Shown here: positions 8,375 to 15,900 of the stretch, piece by piece
Layout: each line of letters begins with the position of its first letter
Position numbering within the stretch: position 1 is the stretch's first letter
Virus record (IMG/VR): IMGVR_UViG_3300038405_000273
Direction: 5' to 3' (one strand)
DNA: 30,471 nucleotides
Source of the DNA: a virus
Position numbers and translations under genes: made by a program
Notes under the pieces: model-generated
Database searches by the model: none
Seen by the model: the letters and a program-made list of their open reading frames with translations, nothing else
What the model was told of the DNA's origin: nothing

Positions 8375-8664
8375 TGGCGAAGCGCTCTCCTGTCCGCGTC
8401 GAGACGAAACGGCTCGCGCTCGGCATCAAAAGCCAGCGCTGGACCTGCGACGCACGGCTGCAGTCGGCCCAGTTCCAAAGCCGCATCGATCCGAGCGAGA
8501 TGGCTGTCGTCCATCGCTCGACGAAGACACCAGGCAAGTGGCAGACCTCGTACTTCGATGCGGCCGGGGCCACGCGCGACGCGCAGAGCGGCTCGTGCCA
8601 GGAGGCCCTTCGCGACTTGCCCCCTCGGCGCTGGCGCCTACGCGACGTGTCGCCGAAGCGCTAG
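8374..8664 (+). CDS. Basic hypothetical protein
   Basis: TGATG coupling with the upstream gene. Confidence 0.6.
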   Translation: MAKRSPVRVETKRLALGIKSQRWTCDARLQSAQFQSRIDPSEMAVVHRSTKTPGKWQTSYFDAAGATRDAQSGSCQEALRDLPPRRWRLRDVSPKR

Positions 8665-8676
8665 ACTCTCGGCGCG

Positions 8677-8982
8677 GTGTCGACCGAAGACGACGATCCT
8701 GCTGCCGAATGGGCAGGCGTGCCCAAGACGCTTCCCGATGGGCAGATCACACCGGCGAGTGGCCTCGACACTGTCATTGAGGAGGCGCGAAAGCGCGGCC
8801 AGAAAGAAGGCTGTGCTGCTTGCTTCCCGAAGGGGCAGGAAGACGCCATTGCCGCCGTCGAACGGGTCATGCGCTGGCACGGCATGACCGACGCGGAGAT
8901 CCGACCGATTATCGCAGCCGTGCGTGCCGAGCTGACGAAGCTACTACCCGTGCGGCCGGCGCTGCCGAAGCACGAAGGCTAG
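8677..8982 (+). CDS. Hypothetical protein with CxxC
   Basis: Co-oriented ORF with natural composition; contains CAAC. Confidence 0.5.
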   Translation: MSTEDDDPAAEWAGVPKTLPDGQITPASGLDTVIEEARKRGQKEGCAACFPKGQEDAIAAVERVMRWHGMTDAEIRPIIAAVRAELTKLLPVRPALPKHEG

Positions 8983-9180
8983 GCCGCCGACAATCCAGAA
9001 CGCGGCAGCGTGCGCGATGTGCGCGAACGCCTCCTTCGTCTTGTCGTGGTCGCCATTCATGAGCGCACGTGCTCCCATGCCGGCGAGGAAGCCCGCGACG
9101 GAGCCGAGCCCGACAGGGATCACGAAGTCGTCGATGTCGACGGCGAGCCGACTCGCGGAGAGCTGTCGCGTGGAGCGCAC
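8944..9180 (-). CDS. Small two-TM membrane protein
   Basis: Two hydrophobic segments; TAGAGT box 6 nt before the GTG. Confidence 0.55.
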   Translation of the reverse strand: MRSTRQLSASRLAVDIDDFVIPVGLGSVAGFLAGMGARALMNGDHDKTKEAFAHIAHAAAFWIVGGLAFVLRQRRPHG

Positions 9181-9201
9181 GAATTCACTCTACACCCCAA
9201 T

Positions 9202-9231
9202 TTGACAGCGCCCCAAACCACGATGCACACT
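9202..9231 (+). promoter_or_regulatory. Promoter TTGACA-N18-CACACT, predicted start near 9239
   Basis: Perfect -35 with an 18-nt spacer. The GACATAG RNA motif begins 7 nt after the -10. Confidence 0.65.
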
Positions 9232-9238
9232 GGCCCTT

Positions 9239-9338
9239 GACATAGGCGAGGTGCTGTATCGGCCTCGTATTCTCGGCGAACCCGAATAACGGGGCGCTCC
9301 GACGGAAGAAACCGTTGGGCGCCCCTTTTTGCGTTTTT
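9239..9338 (+). ncRNA. Structured leader/attenuator RNA, copy 1 (GACAUAG-P1-P2-AAC-terminator)
   Basis: GACATAG; P1 GCGAGG/CCTCGT; P2 ATTC..GG-CGAA-CC..GAAT; AAC; terminator hairpin; T5. Confidence 0.65.
9291..9330 (+). terminator. Intrinsic terminator within the 5' leader
   Basis: GGGGCGC..CCGACGG-AAGAAA-CCGTTGG-GCGCCCC followed by TTTTTGCGTTTTT. Confidence 0.75.
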
Positions 9339-9364
9339 ACCCTCCAACCAAAAGGCGATCGACG

Positions 9365-10042
9365 ATGTACATCCCAACCGGACGTGCTCCTGGCTCGACG
9401 CCGCAGCTCGTGATGCGCACCGGGATCATCCGTCCGATGAACCCGGCGAACGCGCGCCGAGACATCTCGACGTCACACGTCGATTCGATGACGCGCATGC
9501 CCGTCGACGAGCCCCCGCCGGCCCTCCCCGCGCCGGTGCCACCCGCGCTCCAGCCGACACCGGCGCCTGCCGCCCCGCCGCCAGCGCCGCTCATCCCGGC
9601 CGCGCCCGGACCGGTCACGACGGCTGTCGCCCAAGCCGCGACCGCGACGCCACCGGCGCCGCTGCCCGTGGCGGCCACAACCGACCTGCCGCACTCGCCG
9701 TCGGGACAGCACCACTGGCACCGCGAGCACCGCCGGATGCATCCGCTCATGGCCGACATCAAGCGGCTGCATCCGCACGCGCGGCTGCACGGTGCGGACG
9801 ACGTGTTGCTCGGTGAGTGGCGCGGGCGCCCGCTCGCCAAGTTCGAGATCGCGTCGTCGCCGCCTGCCGGAGGTGCAGCGCACGCCGTCGAGGCGCTTCG
9901 GCGTGCGGCGCACCTCCTCCGCTCGACCGGACTCGAAGTGCTACCGCCCGAGCTGGTCGGCGGCCCGCTCGCTGCGCTTATGCGGGGCGGCGCGGTTCAA
10001 CTCCATTTCCAGAACGGGGTCGTCATGAGGACGGCCCTCTAA
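9365..10042 (+). CDS. Pro-rich putative virion/core protein
   Basis: ATG at 9365 after AAAAGG; first gene of the operon leading to the candidate capsid gene. Confidence 0.65.
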   Translation: MYIPTGRAPGSTPQLVMRTGIIRPMNPANARRDISTSHVDSMTRMPVDEPPPALPAPVPPALQPTPAPAAPPPAPLIPAAPGPVTTAVAQAATATPPAPLPVAATTDLPHSPSGQHHWHREHRRMHPLMADIKRLHPHARLHGADDVLLGEWRGRPLAKFEIASSPPAGGAAHAVEALRRAAHLLRSTGLEVLPPELVGGPLAALMRGGAVQLHFQNGVVMRTAL

Positions 10043-10071
10043 TCGACCCCAGTCCAAACCAAGGAGACATC

Positions 10072-10191
10072 ATGCGCAAGCACTGCAAGTTCGGGTTCCG
10101 AAAGGGGACCAACAAATGCCGCAAGCACCCGAAGCGGCGCAAGCGGCACAGCTTCCTGGGTCGCGCTCGTCGTCGGCGTCGTCGGCGCTAA
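10072..10191 (+). CDS. 39-aa protamine-like protein, candidate DNA-condensing core protein
   Basis: AAGGAG RBS. Sequence MRKHCKFGFRKGTNKCRKHPKRRKRHSFLGRARRRRRRR has 21 Arg/Lys in 39 residues. Confidence 0.75.
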   Translation: MRKHCKFGFRKGTNKCRKHPKRRKRHSFLGRARRRRRRR

Positions 10192-10249
10192 GCGCTGAGC
10201 CATCCAAACCCGAACCTTCAACACCTCACCCGGGAAGGAAACACACCAA

Positions 10250-10777
10250 ATGGCTCGGCATCGATTCCGCGGCTTCGGCAGTGCCGACGACCGCGCACAC
10301 ATCGCAGGGCCGCTCATCGGCGGCGGCGCCACACAGATCGGCATCATGCTGGCGCACCTGCACGCGAAGAAGAACCCGGCGGCGCTTCGGCACGCCGGCA
10401 TCCACGGCGCCATCCTCGGCGCCCTTGTCAGCGGCGGGCTGGCGATGACCCAGAAGTACCGGGCCATCGGCATCTCGGCGCTCGTCACGGTCGGCGTGAT
10501 GGCGCTGCCGCGCATCCTGGAGGGCTTCATGGGCCTCGGTCATCGCGACGAGACCATGAAGGGGTACGAACTCGGCATCATCACGCCCGAGCAGTACCAG
10601 TCCCTCTCGGACAGCGAGCCGGCGATTCAGCTGCTCGATGCGGGCGGCGGATCGACGGGCGTGCTCGGCACGCAGGTGGCAGAAGAGGTTCATCCTCTGG
10701 CCGGCGCGGGCGGGGCGGGGGACTACGTCGAGATGATGGGTTCCGGCTTCGGGACCAACTTCCTCGCCGCGCAGTAA
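10250..10777 (+). CDS. Multi-pass membrane protein, candidate major virion membrane protein
   Basis: GAAGGA RBS, strong codon bias, up to three hydrophobic Gly-rich helices and an acidic tail; immediately upstream of the candidate capsid gene. Confidence 0.7.
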   Translation: MARHRFRGFGSADDRAHIAGPLIGGGATQIGIMLAHLHAKKNPAALRHAGIHGAILGALVSGGLAMTQKYRAIGISALVTVGVMALPRILEGFMGLGHRDETMKGYELGIITPEQYQSLSDSEPAIQLLDAGGGSTGVLGTQVAEEVHPLAGAGGAGDYVEMMGSGFGTNFLAAQ

Positions 10778-10791
10778 GCGGCAAAACGCTC

Positions 10792-10893
10792 GACATAGCG
10801 GCGGCCCGAGGAGCTGCCGAATTCAGGACGACCTGAATAACAGGCGCCCATCGCGGAAGGACACTCCTTCTCGCGGCGGGCGCCTTTTTGTTT
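10792..10893 (+). ncRNA. Structured leader/attenuator RNA, copy 2
   Basis: GACATAG; P1 CGGCGGC/GCTGCCG; P2 ATTCAGG-ACGA-CCTGAAT; AAC; terminator hairpin; T-tract. Confidence 0.65.
10842..10893 (+). terminator. Intrinsic terminator upstream of the candidate capsid gene
   Basis: AGGCGCCC..CGCG-GAAGGA-CAC-TCCTTC..CGCG..GGGCGCCT followed by TTTTGTTT. Confidence 0.75.
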
Positions 10894-11009
10894 CACGGCA
10901 CCTCGCGCTTCATCGGGACTGCGTAGGCGTGAGGGCCGAAAAAAGAACGCGGTCCCGACGACGCTGGGACCAAACCGGCGCAGCCGACCCCAGCAAGGAG
11001 AACAGCACC

Positions 11010-11798
11010 ATGGCCAATCCAGGCACACTCACCGTCCGCGTTCGCGGCGTTCCGTTCCCGATCGAGTTCGCGGACTGGACGCACGATCGCCTCTACCACA
11101 CCGTCGAGTTCGAAGGCACGGACTCGCAGCCGATCCAGACGTTCATCGGCGCGGCCGGCTCGCCGATCCCCGGCGGTCAGCGCGTGCTGACGGCGGCGGA
11201 CACCAACATCCCGCGCTCGGGCGACACCGGCCTCCAGGAGGGCTGGGAGATGCTGATCTACAGCATCCAGATCTACGTCACCCGGGAGATGGCGCGGAAC
11301 AACGCGCAGCAGTTCTTCCAGCTGCAGGACCAGACCAACGTGGGCGGCGCGACGCAGTTCTCGCGCAACGTCCACCTCGGCGGCTACGACCCGGCCAACA
11401 CGGCGGGTGGCGTGCTCTTCGACTTCCTCCGGAAGGCGTACCACAAGTTCCAGGTCAACCAGAAGGTCCAGTCGGAAGGCACCGTCGACAAGTACCCGCA
11501 AGGGTCGGGTCCGTCGGTGTTCGGCACCACGACCTCGCTGGAGGTCGCGAACAACGGCGTGCCGTCGCCGCGTGACCAGAGCGCGTTCGTTCTGCCGATC
11601 TGGCTGCGGCCGAACATCGCCTACGTGGGCATCCTCGCCCCGCAGGCGGCGCTCGGCATCGGCGGCGCCAACGCGGCGGCGGGCCCGCCCTTCCCCACCG
11701 TCGAGGGCTACTTCGACTGGTCGGGCATCCCGGCGACGAACATGGGGTTCGACGTCAAGGAGACGCTGGAGGGGCTTCTCAAGCGACCGGTCGTCTGA
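11010..11798 (+). CDS. Candidate major capsid protein (262 aa, jelly-roll-like)
   Basis: AAGGAG RBS and near-exclusive G/C third positions. Beta-rich, with 'RLYHTV..F....LTAADTNIPRSG..GL..GWEMLIYSIQI' and C-terminal 'VKETLEGLLKRPVV'. Followed by a terminator. The assignment is from pattern and context, not from a search. Confidence 0.6.
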   Translation: MANPGTLTVRVRGVPFPIEFADWTHDRLYHTVEFEGTDSQPIQTFIGAAGSPIPGGQRVLTAADTNIPRSGDTGLQEGWEMLIYSIQIYVTREMARNNAQQFFQLQDQTNVGGATQFSRNVHLGGYDPANTAGGVLFDFLRKAYHKFQVNQKVQSEGTVDKYPQGSGPSVFGTTTSLEVANNGVPSPRDQSAFVLPIWLRPNIAYVGILAPQAALGIGGANAAAGPPFPTVEGYFDWSGIPATNMGFDVKETLEGLLKRPVV

Positions 11799-11886
11799 GT
11801 TGCTTTCACGTACTTACGCGATTCTGTTCAAGTTGAACTTGAGCAGCTCTTTCGGGTAAGGCGCGCTCTTCACTCCTGTTTTACCC

Positions 11887-11920
11887 AAACGCTCCGGCGG
11901 CGAAAGCTTTCGGAGCGTTT
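11887..11920. terminator. Hairpin, likely bidirectional terminator
   Basis: AAACGCTCCG...CGGAGCGTTT between convergent transcription units. Confidence 0.6.
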
Positions 11921-11966
11921 CTATATCTGGGAGAAGCGAGCGTGGCAATACCCTACGCGCATCAAA

Positions 11967-12266
11967 TCACCCGCTTTCTTCTTCCTCCGCGTCTTCTCGA
12001 TAGAGCAGTCCCTCTTGTACGAGCGTCTCCCCCAGCGCCTCGTTGCAATGCACCCAGATCCAATGCGTGTCGGCCTCGCAGAAAGACAGCCGCCCTTCTT
12101 TCGCGAGCCCCGCAAGCCGTCGTAGCGTACGGGCATCCGCCTCTAGCATCTCTGCGTGGGTGACAAAGCCAGCCGCTGCGTCGGCTGCATGCGCATGTGC
12201 CCCTGCGGCATCATCGCCCTTTTTGAAGTATCCGAGCGCCACTTCATACGTTCGCTTTTCGTCCAT
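11967..12266 (-). CDS. Hypothetical acidic protein
   Basis: GGAG/GAGGT upstream of the ATG; follows the DUF2442 gene. Confidence 0.6.
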   Translation of the reverse strand: MDEKRTYEVALGYFKKGDDAAGAHAHAADAAAGFVTHAEMLEADARTLRRLAGLAKEGRLSFCEADTHWIWVHCNEALGETLVQEGLLYREDAEEEESG

Positions 12267-12276
12267 ACCTCAACTC

Positions 12277-12540
12277 CTATCGCATCCGCTGAATGATCTC
12301 GTCGGGGCACAAGTCGATGCCTCCCGGCCATTCAACCGTTCCGTGAGCTGCACGCACGCGTGCAAAAAACTTCGGGTCGCGCAAGCGTTTTAGGACTCCT
12401 CGCGTCGTACCTACGAAACGAGAAAAATCTCGCGAGATTTTCGTGCCGTCTGTCAGATCGAGTTCCAAGCGATATCCAGCTAGCGGGCGAACTGCGCGGA
12501 CTCTAAGCAAGCGGTCTGATTTTTTTGAGAGCTTTCCCAT
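12277..12540 (-). CDS. DUF2442-family protein (putative antitoxin)
   Basis: 'VRAVRPLAGYRLELDLTDG....D', 'LRDPKFFARV' and 'GTVEWPGGIDLCPD' are characteristic. GGAGG upstream of the ATG at 12540. Confidence 0.85.
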   Translation of the reverse strand: MGKLSKKSDRLLRVRAVRPLAGYRLELDLTDGTKISRDFSRFVGTTRGVLKRLRDPKFFARVRAAHGTVEWPGGIDLCPDEIIQRMR

Positions 12541-12763
12541 CTCTTGCGAGCCTCCAGTCGTCGAGTAGCTCGTCACGACGCAACGTGATCCAGGCAGCGA
12601 CACGATACATGTCATCGGCTGGTAGGCGCCCATGTACAAGCGCTGCCGTTCGGATTTCGAAGATCGCTTCTCTCCCACCTTTAACGGCGTGAATGTGTGG
12701 CGGCGCGTGATCTTGCCAGTACATGTAGATCGTGATGCCAAGGAAACGGCTGATCGCAGGCAA
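12503..12763 (-). CDS. DUF4160-family protein (putative toxin)
   Basis: 'MPAISRFLGITIYMYWQDHAPPHIHA...G.LP...V..W...R.ELL..W....I.PL', paired with DUF2442. Confidence 0.9.
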   Translation of the reverse strand: MPAISRFLGITIYMYWQDHAPPHIHAVKGGREAIFEIRTAALVHGRLPADDMYRVAAWITLRRDELLDDWRLARDGKALKKIRPLA

Positions 12764-12766
12764 AAA

Positions 12767-12931
12767 TCACTTCCTCTTCGATTGCAGTTTGTAGGCTGGA
12801 ACAGCCTTGTCGAGCGTCTCAGCCACAAACGCCTGTAGCGGCTTTCCGAGCGCCGTAGCGTGCATCTTCACGCGGATGACAAGCTCGCGCGGCAGCCGCA
12901 CATTCATCGAGGCGGTCCCGGAACCATCCAT
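12767..12931 (-). CDS. 54-aa ribbon-helix-helix (Arc/CopG-like) regulator (not in the ORF track)
   Basis: MDGSGTASMNVRLPRELVIRVKMHATALGKPLQAFVAETLDKAVPAYKLQSKRK shows a strand-helix-G-helix pattern; its stop is 3 nt before the DUF4160 start. Confidence 0.75.
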   Translation of the reverse strand: MDGSGTASMNVRLPRELVIRVKMHATALGKPLQAFVAETLDKAVPAYKLQSKRK

Positions 12932-12937
12932 GCTTAC

Positions 12938-12966
12938 AAGCTAGCAAGCTCGGATGACTTGCGCAA
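12938..12966 (-). promoter_or_regulatory. Leaderless promoter TTGCGC-N17-TAGCTT with AGCTTG direct repeats
   Basis: The -10 is 6 nt before the ATG. AGCTTGCT-AGCTTGTA-AGCATG repeats overlap it and are a candidate RHH operator. Confidence 0.5.
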
Positions 12967-12976
12967 CCGGACCCTG

Positions 12977-15900
12977 CTACGTATCCCCGTCGAGCGCTTC
13001 GTCTAGTTCGTCTTCGAACAGCTCGTCTTCGACTTTCTCGCGATCGACTTGCGCCTCGATCGCTTTCACCACGGGCTCCGTAGCCGCAACAGATGGCGCT
13101 TCGGGCCCTTCTTCCAAGGGTGGCGTCATCCACCCGCGTGCCATCCACTTGACGACGAACAGGTTGTTCCGCCTTGGTAGAGGCGGCGTCATCCATGTCG
13201 GCGAGAATGGCGAGGGCAGAAGTGGCGGGGGCGGTACAGGCGGCGGGAACGGCGCGAGTGCCCAGCCTTCATCAGGCTGCCGAGGAACGCGATAGCGGCC
13301 GCGTTCAGGATCGGTGCTCTCGTCCCACGTGCTTTCGGACGCCGCAAACGGCTCGATACACCACGGTTCGGCAGGCTGTCGCGGCGGCGCGTAGGTGCTG
13401 CGCTCCGGGTTTTCGACTTCTTCGAAAGGCGCGGCGGAAACCGCTACGGGCGGTTGCGCCCACGGCTCGATCTCACGGTGCTTGCGCTGCGGTTGCGCTT
13501 GCTCCGTGCTGCTTGGCTGCAGAGGAAGGACGACGGGAGCAAGCGCCCACGACTCGGACGGCTGGCGCTGTACGTAAGACGCGCGCTCCGGCTGAGGCGC
13601 CGTCCACGGGGCGCCGCTTACTGCGGCCGGTGGCTGCGTCCACAGCTCGTCAGGTTGCCGCGGAGGGCGATAGCTGGAAGCGTCGGCTTGCGCAAGCGCC
13701 CACGGTGCCGCCGGCAAGGCGGCGGGATTTGCGCCCCAGACCTCATCGGGCTGTCGCGGCGGCTTATACGATGAGCGCTCTGGGTTCTCGACCTCCTCCC
13801 ACGGGGAGGCCGAAACCTCAATCGGCGGCTGACTCCAAGGCTCGACTTCCCTGTGAACGCGTGGCGGCGTTCCGCGCTCTGTGCTTGTCGTGGGCGGGGC
13901 GAGTGCGATCGGCGGTTGACTCCAAGGCTCCGCGATCGGAGGCGGCTTGCTGTACGCGTTACGTTCGGGCTGGGGTGCTGCCCACGGTGCCGCCGAAAGC
14001 TCTGCAGGTAGCTGCGCCCATGGCTCGATCTCGTGGTGAACGCGCGGCGGCGTTCCTCTTTCTGTACTGATCGCTGGCGGCGTGAGCGAGATCGGACGCC
14101 CAGACCATGGCTCGTCAATCGGACGCGGCTTTGTGTAGCCAGTACGCTCCGGCTGGGGCGCGGTCCAGAGCGCGGGTGAGCCTGTAACAGGTGGCTGACT
14201 CCACGGTTCAATCTCTTTGTGGACACGCGACGGTGTTCCGCGTTCCGTGCTAGTCGTAGGCGGTGTAAGTGCAACAGGCGGCTGACTCCACAGCTCATCA
14301 GGCTGCCGCGGCGGCTTGTAGGACGAGCGCTCTGGATTTTCGACTTCTTCGAAAGGCGCACCGGAGACTTCGATTGGCGCGAGCGCCCACGGCTCTGCGA
14401 TCGCAGCGGGCTTTACGTACGCAACACGCTCGGGTGACGGCGCCGACCACGGAGCTGGCGAGAGTTCGACGGGGGGCTGCGCCCACGCCTCGATCTCTCT
14501 GTGTGTCCGCGCAGGTGCGCCGCGCTCGGCGCTAAGCGTGGGCGGAGTGAGTGCGACAGGCGGCGCAGACCACGGCTCGTCGATCGGCCGCGGTGGGTGA
14601 TAACCGCTGCGCTCTGGATTCTCGACCTCCTCCCACGGCGCTGCAGAGATCTCGACGGGCGGCTGTGCCCACAGCTCATCGATCGGTCTAGGCTTTCCAT
14701 AGGTCGAACGTTCAGGCTGATAAGCCGTCCACGGCGCTGCGCTCGTCGTGACAGGCGGTTGTGCCCACGGCTCGATCTCGCGATGCTTGCGCTGCGGTTG
14801 TGCGACTTCGCTGCTAGTCGTCGGGAGGGTGAGACGAACTGGCGGCGCCGTCCAGCTTTCGTCCGGTTGGCGAGGAGACCGATACGTAGGCCGTTCGGGA
14901 TTCTCGACCTCCTTCCAAGTAGCAGCGCTCTCCGCGACAGGAGGCTGCGACCACAGCTCATCAAGCTGGCGCGGCTTCGCATATGGACTGCGTTCTGCTG
15001 ATGAGATGGCCCAGGGCGAAGCAGAAACGTCGATAGGAGGCTGTGCCCAAGGCTCCTCTTCTTTGAACTTACGCGGCGGTGTTCCGCGCTCGATGCTGGT
15101 AGTCGGCGGGGCGAGCGCGATTGGCGGCTGTACCCACGGCTCGTCGATCGGTCGGGGCTTCGCATACGTGTTGCGCTCTGGATTCTCGCCCTCTTCCCAA
15201 GGTGCAGCGCTTTCTTCAACAGGAGGTTGCGCCCATGGCTCGTCGATCGGGCGCGGCTTGCCGTATGTACTGCGCTCGGGCGACGGTGCCGCCCACGGAC
15301 TCGCGCTGGTTTCTACAGGAGGTTGTGACCACGGCTCTTCCTCCTTGAACTTGCGCGGTGGCGCCCCTCGCTCGGTGCTAACAGTCGGAGGTGTGAGTGC
15401 CAGTGGCGGGGCTAGCCAGGCTTCGACTTCTTTGTGAACCCGCGGTGGCGCCGAGCGCTCTGCACTAGTCGTGGGCGGCGCAAGCGCGATTGGTGGCAGC
15501 CCCCAGGGCTCATCCGGCTGCCGCGGTTTCGTGTATCCCGAGCGCTCTGGTTGAGGCGCGGTCCATGGAGCCGACGAGACCGTTATTGCTGGCTGGGCCC
15601 ACCCTTCGATCTCCTTGTGGACACGAGGAGGTGTTCCGCGCTCTGTGCTTACCGTTGGAGGCGCAAGAGCGATTGGAGGGGAGGCCCACGGCTCAGGGAT
15701 CGATAGCGCCCGTACGTAGGTCGAGCGCTCGGGGTTCTCGACTTCCTCCCACGGGGAGGCGCTTGTCTCTACTGGTGGCTGACTCCAAGGCTCCGCGATT
15801 GGAGGCGGCTTTGTATACGATGACCGTTCTGGTTGCGGCGTGAACGGCGCTGCAGACCCAGCGATCGGCGGCTGACTCCACAGCTCATCGGGCTGGCGCG

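Noticed and set aside
9237-9273. Second promoter TTGACA(9237)...TATTCT(9268)
   Set aside because: The 25-nt spacing is too long, and these bases are better explained as the start and P2 of the RNA motif.
10929-11009. Upstream start of the candidate capsid ORF given in the ORF track (likewise 1753, 9329, 7653, 7898 and 12828)
   Set aside because: Downstream ATGs have proper RBSs, and the extensions run through structured leaders or other genes.
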